From sequence record PQ671645.1: a DNA stretch of 64,000 nucleotides, one strand, 5' to 3'. Positions within the stretch are counted from its first letter, which is position 1. Each line of letters begins with the position of its first letter. Shown here piece by piece: positions 55,430 to 64,000 of the stretch. The notes beneath the pieces are model-generated. The model saw nothing but the letters and a program-made list of their open reading frames with translations. It had not been told where the DNA came from and did no database searches. The position numbers and the translations under genes were made by a program. This stretch comes from Escherichia phage DCP548.

Positions 55430-57162
55430 TGGAAATGATTAGCAGTAGCCTTAATTGGTTCGTGGGTGTTGTCGAGGACAGAATGGACCCGTTAAAACAA
55501 GGGCGAGTTCGAGTTCGAGTCGTTGGTCTTCATCCAGCGCAGAGAACACAAGGTGATGTACAAGGTATTCCTACAGAAAAACTTCCATGGATGACTGTTA
55601 TTCAACCTATTACGTCTGCATCAATGTCAGGTATTGGTGGTTCTGTTACAGGTCCTGTTGAAGGAACTCGAGTATATGGTCATTTCTTAGACAAATGGAA
55701 AACAAACGGGATTGTACTTGGTACATACGGCGGAATAGTACGTGAAAAGCCTAATAGACTTGAAGGTTTTTCAGACCCGACAGGCCAGTATCCGCGACGT
55801 TTAGGTAATGATACGAACGTACTAAACCAAGGTGGTGAAGCTGGTTATTATTCGAACTCTAACGTAATTCAAGATAACAACTTGGATTATGGTATAAACC
55901 CAGACGATACAGATTTAGCAAATATTCCAGAAGATGATGACCCTAATTTTACAATAACAGAAATGTTACGTCGTGACGAAGGTCTTCGTGATAAAGTGTA
56001 TTGGGACCATCTCGGGTATCCTACAGTAGGTATTGGACACCTTATCGTAATGGAAAAGACCCGAGATATGTCTCGAATTAATAAATTGTTATCTGATCAA
56101 GTAGGGCGTGAAGTAACAGGAAATCCGGGAACTATTACATTAGAAGAAGCAACAGCGTTATTTGAGAAAGACCTTGCTAAGATGCAGAAAGACATTCGTT
56201 CTAATTCTAAAGTAGGTCCTGTTTATGCTAAAATGAACAGATCTCGCCAAATGGCATTAGAAAACATGTGCTTCCAAATGGGCGTTGGTGGTGTAGCAAA
56301 ATTCAATACTATGCTTAAAGCAATGGCCGAAGGTGATTGGAAAACTGCATACAAATCTGGGCGCGATTCATTATGGTTCCAACAGACTAAAGGACGCGCT
56401 TCACGTGTAACAACAATTATTTTAACCGGTAACATGGAATCATATGGCGTTCCTGTTAAAACACCACCTTCACCAGGAGTTGGTGCTGATTTAGTTACCA
56501 GAAATACCGATCCAGAAGACCCAGCTGGTCCTCCTGTTCCATTAGATTCACGTATCCTTTTTAAAGAACCGGAATCAAGTTATCGTGGTGAGTATCCATA
56601 CGTTCATGCTATGGAAACAGAAAGCGGTCACATCCAAGAATTTGACGATACTCCAGGTAATGAACGTTATCGCTTAGTTCATCCAACAGGGTCATATGAG
56701 GAAGTTTCTCCGTCTGGGCGTCGTACTCGTAAAACTGTAGAAGACCTTTTTGACATCACTAATGGTGATGGGAACTTCTTGATTTCCGGTGATAAACTTG
56801 TTAACGTTGGTGCTAATGAAATATATTATAACATGGCCGACCGCCTCCATCAAATAGACGGCAATGACACAATCTTTATTCGTGGTAACCAAGCTAAAAC
56901 TGTTGAAGGCGATGGAACTCTTTACGTTAAGGGTAATATCAAAATAGTTGTTGACGGAAATGCAGATATTCTTGTTAAAGGCGATGCTAAAACTCAGGTC
57001 GAAGGGAATCATGATTACACCGTCAACGGAAACGTTAAATGGACTGTTAATGGTAATGTTGATATGACTGTTGCCGGGGATTGGGCAGAAACAATGTCTA
57101 CAATGAGCTCAGTAGCTTCAGGACAATACACTGTTGACGGATCTCGTATTGATATTGGGTAA
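55429..57162 (+). CDS. 5: Baseplate hub / tail-associated lysozyme
   Basis: 577 aa; OB-fold N-terminus, lysozyme domain (DEGLRDKVYWDHLGYPTVGIGHL), C-terminal beta-helix repeats (VxGxxxxxV). Confidence 0.95.
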   Translation: MEMISSSLNWFVGVVEDRMDPLKQGRVRVRVVGLHPAQRTQGDVQGIPTEKLPWMTVIQPITSASMSGIGGSVTGPVEGTRVYGHFLDKWKTNGIVLGTYGGIVREKPNRLEGFSDPTGQYPRRLGNDTNVLNQGGEAGYYSNSNVIQDNNLDYGINPDDTDLANIPEDDDPNFTITEMLRRDEGLRDKVYWDHLGYPTVGIGHLIVMEKTRDMSRINKLLSDQVGREVTGNPGTITLEEATALFEKDLAKMQKDIRSNSKVGPVYAKMNRSRQMALENMCFQMGVGGVAKFNTMLKAMAEGDWKTAYKSGRDSLWFQQTKGRASRVTTIILTGNMESYGVPVKTPPSPGVGADLVTRNTDPEDPAGPPVPLDSRILFKEPESSYRGEYPYVHAMETESGHIQEFDDTPGNERYRLVHPTGSYEEVSPSGRRTRKTVEDLFDITNGDGNFLISGDKLVNVGANEIYYNMADRLHQIDGNDTIFIRGNQAKTVEGDGTLYVKGNIKIVVDGNADILVKGDAKTQVEGNHDYTVNGNVKWTVNGNVDMTVAGDWAETMSTMSSVASGQYTVDGSRIDIG

Positions 57163-57165
57163 TAT

Positions 57166-57681
57166 ATGGCACAAATACTTCCTTTAAATACCGACTTAGG
57201 AGAAGACATGGAAGGGGCGTCTATTGACGTCCTTTTTACTCCACAGTTAGAAACAACCGAAACTTTAGTGTCAATAAATATAACAGATTATGAACAGACA
57301 CAAGGCATTACGGTAGATGGTAATCGTTTATATGGAACATATGAAAGTGTGTTTAGCTTTTCTTCGGATGCATTGAAATACCGATTAAATGATGATTTTG
57401 AAACCGCATCTTCATGGGATGATTTACCAAAAGATGAATCCACACAGTTATATTTGTGGAGAGCTCCTCAGAATCTTCGTAAAGTGTTTAGTTATACGGT
57501 TGAAATGATTTATAACCACCAAGAAGAAAGTTCATCAGGCGGTTCTAGAAGTGACTCTGGTACAGAACCTCCACCGGCTCCAGTACAAAAAACTCTTACT
57601 AAGGTTTATACAAAAACTATAGTAGGAAATTGGAGCAAATGGGCTCATCAATTACGAAACTATGTTTATGCGAGGCCGTGA
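57166..57681 (+). CDS. 5.1: Baseplate-associated protein
   Basis: 171 aa between 5 and 5.4. Confidence 0.6.
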   Translation: MAQILPLNTDLGEDMEGASIDVLFTPQLETTETLVSINITDYEQTQGITVDGNRLYGTYESVFSFSSDALKYRLNDDFETASSWDDLPKDESTQLYLWRAPQNLRKVFSYTVEMIYNHQEESSSGGSRSDSGTEPPPAPVQKTLTKVYTKTIVGNWSKWAHQLRNYVYARP

Positions 57682-57683
57682 AA

Positions 57684-57977
57684 ATGTCTGGCTTAAGTTA
57701 CGACAAGTGCGTTACAACAGGTCATGAAGCATGGCCTCCTACTGTAATAAATGCTTCCCAATCTAAAGTGTTCACCGGCGGTATTCCTGTTCTTGTGGCA
57801 GGAGACCAAATAACACCTCATACAGAAATTAAAAAACCATACGAGACTCATGGAGGTGTTACTGAACCTCGTACATCTAAAGTATACGTCACCGGTAAAA
57901 AGGCCGTTCAAATGGCCGACCCAATTTCATGCGGGGATACTGTTTCTCAGGCCTCGTCAAAAGTCTTTATAAAATAG
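57684..57977 (+). CDS. 5.4: PAAR-like spike tip protein
   Basis: Start at MSGLSYDKC; about 97 aa matching remembered T4 gp5.4. Confidence 0.85.
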   Translation: MSGLSYDKCVTTGHEAWPPTVINASQSKVFTGGIPVLVAGDQITPHTEIKKPYETHGGVTEPRTSKVYVTGKKAVQMADPISCGDTVSQASSKVFIK

Positions 57978-57985
57978 GAATTAAA

Positions 57986-59959
57986 ATGGCAAACACTCCT
58001 GTAAATTATCAATTAACCCGAACAGCGAATGCTATTCCCGAGATTTTTATCGGGGGCACATTTGCCGAAATCAAACAGAACATTATCGAATGGCTTAATG
58101 GGCAGAATGAATTTCTTGATTATGATTTTGAAGGTTCACGCTTAAACGTATTGTGCGACCTTTTAGCATATAACACTCTTTACATCCAACAGTTCAGTAA
58201 TAGTGCAGTGTATGAAAGTTTTATGCGTACTGCAAACTTGCGTAGTTCTGTTGTACAAGCGGCTCAAGATAACGGATATCTGCCTTCATCTAAATCAGCA
58301 GCACAAACCGAAATTATGCTCACATGTACGGATGCATTAAATAGAAACTATATCACCATTCCACGTGGCACTCGTTTCTTAGCATACGCTAAAGATACTT
58401 CTGTTAACCCGTATAACTTTGTTTCTACTGAAGACGTCATTGTAGTTAAAGACAAAAATAACCAATATTTTCCACGTCTTCGATTAGCTCAAGGACGTAT
58501 TGTTCGCACTGAATTAACATTTGATAAATTAAAACCTATCATTATTCGTGATAAGAATATTGACCGTAATTTGGTTAAGTTGTATGTTGACGGAGCAGAA
58601 TGGATTAACTGGACTCGTAAGTCGATGGTTCACGCTGGTTCTACGTCAACAATCTATTATATGCGTGAAACAGTTGATGGGAACACCGAATTTTATTTTG
58701 GTGAAGGCGAAATCTCTATTAACACGTCAGAAGGTGCGTTAACGTCTAACTATATTGGTGGCCTTAAACCTGTTCAGGGTTCTAAAATCGTAATTGAGTA
58801 TATTTCTACTAATGGCGCAGATGCTAACGGTGCCGTAGGATTTTCTTATGCTGATACATTAGCTAATATCACGGTAATCGATATTAACGAGAACCCTAGC
58901 AATAACCCAGACTTTGTTGGGGCTGACGGTGGTGGTGACCCTGAAGATATTGAACGTATCCGCGAATTAGGCACAATTAAACGCGAAACTCAACAACGTT
59001 GTGTAACCGCTTCCGACTATGACACATTCGTTTCTGAGCGGTTTGGTTCTATTATTCAAGCGGTTCAAACATTCACAGATTCATCTAAACCAGGGTACGC
59101 ATATATTGCTGCTAAGCCTAAATCTGGATTGTATTTGACTTCTGTTCAACGTGATGATATCAAAAACTATTTAAATGATTATAACTTAGGGACTATTACA
59201 CCTGTTGTTATTTCGCCTGATTATTTGTTTATCAAAATGAATATCAAAGTTACATACGCGTTGAATAAACTCCAAGAATCAGAACAATATCTTGAAGGGC
59301 AGATTATTAATAAAATAGACCGTTATTATATTGAAGATGTAGAAATTTTTAACTCATCGTTTGCAAAATCTAAAATGCTAACTTATGTCGATGATGCAGA
59401 TATTTCTATTATTGGTTCTTCTGCTACTATTCAAATGGTTCGCGAAGTACAAAACTTCTATAAAACGCCTGAGGCCGGTATTAAATACAATAATCAGATT
59501 AAAGATAGATCGATGGAATCTAATATATTCTCGTTTGATTCGCACAGACCTAATCCAGAAAATGCAAACGAAACTATTAAATACGGTGTTCGCATAGTAT
59601 CTTCTGACCGTAATGACCGTGGCATAGGTCAAGTTATTATTGGTCCATTTGCAGAAGGTGATGTTGTTGAAAACGAAAATATACAACCTTATACAGGTAA
59701 TGATTTTAATAAACTTACTGTTACTGACGGACGAAACAAATACTATTCAATTGGTGAAGTGAATTATCCTGCCGATTCGATTTATTGGAACATTGCTAAA
59801 ATTGACCTCACTTCAGACCGTTTTGAAGTTCAAACAATTGAACTTTATTCCGACCCTGCAGATGATATTATTTTTACAAAGGATGGTTCTTTAATCGTAT
59901 TCGAAAATGACTTACGTCCTCAGTACTTAACTATAGATTTGGAGCCTATTTCACAATGA
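57986..59959 (+). CDS. 6: Baseplate wedge protein
   Basis: Start at MANTPVNYQLTRTANAIPE as in T4 gp6. Confidence 0.9.
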   Translation: MANTPVNYQLTRTANAIPEIFIGGTFAEIKQNIIEWLNGQNEFLDYDFEGSRLNVLCDLLAYNTLYIQQFSNSAVYESFMRTANLRSSVVQAAQDNGYLPSSKSAAQTEIMLTCTDALNRNYITIPRGTRFLAYAKDTSVNPYNFVSTEDVIVVKDKNNQYFPRLRLAQGRIVRTELTFDKLKPIIIRDKNIDRNLVKLYVDGAEWINWTRKSMVHAGSTSTIYYMRETVDGNTEFYFGEGEISINTSEGALTSNYIGGLKPVQGSKIVIEYISTNGADANGAVGFSYADTLANITVIDINENPSNNPDFVGADGGGDPEDIERIRELGTIKRETQQRCVTASDYDTFVSERFGSIIQAVQTFTDSSKPGYAYIAAKPKSGLYLTSVQRDDIKNYLNDYNLGTITPVVISPDYLFIKMNIKVTYALNKLQESEQYLEGQIINKIDRYYIEDVEIFNSSFAKSKMLTYVDDADISIIGSSATIQMVREVQNFYKTPEAGIKYNNQIKDRSMESNIFSFDSHRPNPENANETIKYGVRIVSSDRNDRGIGQVIIGPFAEGDVVENENIQPYTGNDFNKLTVTDGRNKYYSIGEVNYPADSIYWNIAKIDLTSDRFEVQTIELYSDPADDIIFTKDGSLIVFENDLRPQYLTIDLEPISQ

Positions 59960-62900
59960 CAGTAAAAGCGCCAGCAGTCACAAGTCTCAGAATATCCAAG
60001 TTGTCCGCTAACCAAGTTCAAATACGCTGGGATGACGTTGGTGCTAATTTCTACTATTTCGTAGAAATCGCTGAGACTAAAACGGCGGACGGTGGAATAA
60101 TTCCCCCTGCCAGCTACAGATGGATAAATTTAGGATATACTCCTAATAGCAACTGGTTCGAAAATAGCTTAGACCCATTAACTTCTTATATTATTCGTGT
60201 ATCAACTGCCGCTGAAGGCTTTGAGAGATCTGATTGGGTATATACCGAAATATTTGAATCATTTCAGACTAACGCGTATACATTTCAACATATGATTGAA
60301 ATGCAATTGGCTAACACTTTTATTAGAGAAAAATTTACAAATAACAACATGGCTTATGTCGATTTTAATAACGACACTATAATGGCAGCTCTAATGAATG
60401 AATCGTTCCAATTTAGCCCTGCTTATGCGGATATTTCATCTATTAAAAATTTCATTATTGGCGAAAATGAGTATCATGAAATTCAAGGTTCGATTCAACA
60501 GGTGTGTCATGATATAAACCGTGTTTATTTGATGGAATCCGAAGGAATTCTTTATTTGTTTGAACGGTATCAGCCTGTGGTTAAAGTCTCTAATGATAAG
60601 GGACAAACCTGGAAATCGGTTAAATTGTTTAATGACCGTGTAGGGTACCCTGTATCAAGAACAGTGTATTACCAGACAGATTACACCACGTATGTTCTTG
60701 GGTATGATAAATTATTTTACGGCCGTAAATCAACTGACGTTCGTTGGTCTGCTGATGATGTGAGATTTAGTTCTCAAGATATAACATTTGCTAAAATTGG
60801 TGACCAGTTAAATTTAGGATATGATGTAGAAATATTTGGTAACTATGCATCATTACCTGCTAACGTATCACGTATTGCAGAAGCTATCGTTTGCAATGAC
60901 GATTATGTATACGTTGCTGCTCGAGATAAAGTTCGTTTTATTAAAACTAGTAATGCCCCTATTGATTCAGACCCGTTATCTCCGACGTATTCCGAACGTT
61001 TGTTTGAACAAGAAACATTTAACATCACAGGTAACCCTAAGGCAGTTTGCTATAAAATGGATTCTGTCGGTGGTAAAATATTTGCACTGATTATCGGTGA
61101 AGTTGTTAATCTTAATGACGACCCGAGGACCACTCCTATTGTCGATTCTGCTGATAAGGGTGTTTATGTTCTAGACCATGATGCTGGCACATTTAAACGT
61201 GTGTTTGGTAATACTGAAGAAGAACGCCGTCGTATTGAACCAGGGTACACCAGTATGTCTACTGATGGTGTTGAGTTATCTATTTCATCTAGTAATTTTA
61301 AATTTTTAGAATCGGATATTGTTGATGACCCAAAAACACAAATCAAGTACGGTTTAATCGGTGCTGTTAAATATGAGTATCCTCGCGAATGGTTGGCTGA
61401 TAAACATTATCATATGATGGCATTTATTTCAACTGAAGACTCTCAATGGGAATCGTTCACTCCTCAACCAATGGAATACTATGCTGAGCCATTCTTTAGT
61501 TATTCTAGAAAGTCTGGTACTCGTTGTTGGATTAATAACTCAGACAAGGCCGTTGTAATTTATTCTGATTTACTTTACACTAAGGTTATTGAGAATCATC
61601 CACTTAGTTCTTCAGACCGTGAAGTTCATGAATATTGGAAGGACGGTGACTGTACAATAGTGATGCCTAACGTAGATTTCACCGGATTTAAAAAATATGC
61701 ATCTGGCATGATTTTCTATAAAGCATCAGGTGAGATTATTTCTTATTATGACTTTAGTTACCGTGTTAGAGATAATGTTTCTATAATTTGGAAGCCTACT
61801 AATATATTCTTAACAGCATCGTTACAAAACCAAGAAAAAGATACCACATGGACTCCTGTAGAAGAGACTGGTATCGCGGACCCAGATTTACGACCATTGC
61901 TCACTACAATGATGCCAGAGTCTTATCTTTTAGATAATACAAACTTCGAAGCATTCTGCGAGGCTTATATTCAGTATCTTTCTGACGGTTATGGGACACA
62001 TTATAACAACCTTTTAAATCTTATTAAAAATCAATATCCACGCGAAGAACATGCGTGGGAATATTTATGGTCTGAGATTTATAAACGAAACATTTACTTA
62101 AACGCTGAAAAACGCGATTTAGTGTCTCGTTTCTTTGAATCAAGAAGTTATGACTTCTATTCAACTAAAGGAACTGAAGCATCATATAAATTCTTGTTTA
62201 AAGTGCTTTATAACGAAGATGTTGAAATTGAAATTGAATCTAGTTCCGGGACCGAATATGATATCATCATTGAATCTGATTCGTTGACAGAAGATTTGGT
62301 CGGACAAACCATATACACCGCTACAGGACGTTGTAATGTGACGTATATCGAGAGAAGTTACTCTAAAGGTAAATTACAATGGACCGTAACAATTCACAAC
62401 CTCTTAGGTCGTTTAATCCAAGGACAGGAAGTTAAAGCTGAAAGACTCCCTGGTTTTGAAGGTGAAATTGTTCGCGGTATTAAAGGTAAAGAGCTTTCTC
62501 AGAACAACATCGATTACATAAATCGTGGTAGAGCATACTACGTAATGAAGATTAAATCTAAACTTCCGTCATCTCGTTGGAAATCAGACGTATTACGTTT
62601 TGTTCATCCGGTTGGATTTGGATTTATCGCAATTACCCTTCTCACAATGTTTATTAACACCGGATTAACACTTAAACATGTTGAAACCATTATTAATAAA
62701 TATAAAAACTATAAGTGGGATTCTGGATTACCGACTAAATATGCAGACCGAGTGGCTAAATTAGACCCACAAGGAAATGTTGAGTTTGACCCTATTACAG
62801 GTAAAGCGATATATGAAATAGGCCCTATGGCTGGTCAAGATTATCCATTGCCTGAAGATTATAACGCTGAAAACAATAACTCTGTATTTCAAGGTCAACT

Positions 62901-63054
62901 TCCATCGGAACGTCGTAAACTGATGAGCCCATTATTTGATGCGTCCGGAACAACATTCTCTAGATTTAGAGATTTGGTTGAACAACGGTTAATCGATAAT
63001 GTAGGAAATCCAAGAGACCCCGTGAATCCACCACAGGTTAAATTAGATGAATGA
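59956..63054 (+). CDS. 7: Baseplate wedge protein
   Basis: 1032 aa, the same length as T4 gp7; follows gp6. Confidence 0.9.
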   Translation: MTVKAPAVTSLRISKLSANQVQIRWDDVGANFYYFVEIAETKTADGGIIPPASYRWINLGYTPNSNWFENSLDPLTSYIIRVSTAAEGFERSDWVYTEIFESFQTNAYTFQHMIEMQLANTFIREKFTNNNMAYVDFNNDTIMAALMNESFQFSPAYADISSIKNFIIGENEYHEIQGSIQQVCHDINRVYLMESEGILYLFERYQPVVKVSNDKGQTWKSVKLFNDRVGYPVSRTVYYQTDYTTYVLGYDKLFYGRKSTDVRWSADDVRFSSQDITFAKIGDQLNLGYDVEIFGNYASLPANVSRIAEAIVCNDDYVYVAARDKVRFIKTSNAPIDSDPLSPTYSERLFEQETFNITGNPKAVCYKMDSVGGKIFALIIGEVVNLNDDPRTTPIVDSADKGVYVLDHDAGTFKRVFGNTEEERRRIEPGYTSMSTDGVELSISSSNFKFLESDIVDDPKTQIKYGLIGAVKYEYPREWLADKHYHMMAFISTEDSQWESFTPQPMEYYAEPFFSYSRKSGTRCWINNSDKAVVIYSDLLYTKVIENHPLSSSDREVHEYWKDGDCTIVMPNVDFTGFKKYASGMIFYKASGEIISYYDFSYRVRDNVSIIWKPTNIFLTASLQNQEKDTTWTPVEETGIADPDLRPLLTTMMPESYLLDNTNFEAFCEAYIQYLSDGYGTHYNNLLNLIKNQYPREEHAWEYLWSEIYKRNIYLNAEKRDLVSRFFESRSYDFYSTKGTEASYKFLFKVLYNEDVEIEIESSSGTEYDIIIESDSLTEDLVGQTIYTATGRCNVTYIERSYSKGKLQWTVTIHNLLGRLIQGQEVKAERLPGFEGEIVRGIKGKELSQNNIDYINRGRAYYVMKIKSKLPSSRWKSDVLRFVHPVGFGFIAITLLTMFINTGLTLKHVETIINKYKNYKWDSGLPTKYADRVAKLDPQGNVEFDPITGKAIYEIGPMAGQDYPLPEDYNAENNNSVFQGQLPSERRKLMSPLFDASGTTFSRFRDLVEQRLIDNVGNPRDPVNPPQVKLDE

Positions 63055-64000
63055 TTCAAGTGTTATCTATCGTGCAATAGTTACATCAAAATTTAGAACA
63101 GAGAAAATGCTGAATTTTTATAATTCAGTTGGGGATGGAGATGATAAGAACTCCATTTATATTACGTTTGGACGTTCAGAGCCTTGGGCGTCAAATGAAA
63201 ATGAGGTGGGCTTCGCCCCACCTTATCCTACAGATTCTGTTCTTGGTGTTACTGATATGTGGACCCATATGATGGGCACCGTTAAAGTTTTACCTTCAAT
63301 GTTAGATTCTGTTATTCCTAGACGTGATTGGGGAGATGTGCGATATCCAGACCCTTACACGTTTAGAATTAACGATATAGTCGCATGTAATACTGCTCCG
63401 TACAACGCGACAGAAGTTGGAGCTGGTTGGTTAATTTACCGTTGTTTAGATGTCCCTGACGTAGGGCTCTGTTCAATAGAATCTTTAGATAATAAAGATG
63501 AATGTCTTAAATTAGGTGGTAAATGGACCCCGTCTGTTCGTTCTATGTCTCCTCCTGAAGGCAGAGGCGATGCTAATGGGGTTATAGAAACCGGTGATGG
63601 ATATATTTGGGAATATCTTTATGAGATTCCTGCCGATGTGTCAATTAACCGTTGCACTAACGAATATCTTGTAGTTCCATGGCCGGAAGAAATTAAAGAA
63701 GACCCCACCCGTTGGGGATATGAAAATAACTTAACTTGGCAACAAGATGACTACGGCTTGATTTATCGTGTTAAAGCTAATACAATGCGGTTTAAAGCAT
63801 ATTTTGATTCTGTTTATTTCCCTGAGGCAGCTTTGCCTGGTAATAAGGGTTTTAGACAGATATCAATTATCGCAAACCCGTTAGAAGCTAAGAAAAATCC
63901 AAACGACCCTAATGTTAAAGCAGAAAAGGATTATTACGACCCTAGAGACCTGCAACGTCATTCTGGTGAAATGATTTATATGGAAAACCGCCCACCTGTT
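63051..64000 (+). CDS. 8: Baseplate wedge protein, N-terminal part (runs past the window end)
   Basis: Hand translation from ATG 63051 (MNDSSVIYRAIVTSKFRTEKMLNFYNS...) matches the T4 gp8 N-terminus. Confidence 0.9.

Overview
This window reads as a T4-like (Tevenvirinae) myovirus genome segment; the DNA polymerase and gene order most resemble RB69-type phages, from memory and without a database check. Positions 1-54800 are almost entirely minus-strand early/middle genes: a sugar-nucleotide cluster, then 43-regA-62-44-45-rpbA-46-47, 55, nrdH/nrdG/nrdD, 49, nrdC, a hyperplastic block of small ORFs, rI, tk, regB, a GrcA-like gene, internal-protein genes with denV, e, nudE, a second hyperplastic block with one tRNA and a free-standing endonuclease, then ipI-57B-57A-1-3-2-4. 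From 54854 the plus strand carries late baseplate genes 53-5-5.1-5.4-6-7-8, with 8 truncated at the window end. No alpha-glucosyltransferase gene is present between 47 and 55. The most interesting candidate is the cluster at 1-3706 (arabinose-5-phosphate isomerase, HAD phosphatase, fused nucleotidyltransferase/kinase, U32-like protein), which looks like a phage-encoded NDP-arabinose pathway for DNA hypermodification. Other leads are recurring promoter stem-loop cassettes, six capsid-targeted internal proteins, several paralog families, and a host-derived glycyl-radical cofactor gene. All calls rest on reading the sequence and remembered family motifs; no searches or folding programs were run, and start codons are approximate where the ORF track begins at TTG/GTG.
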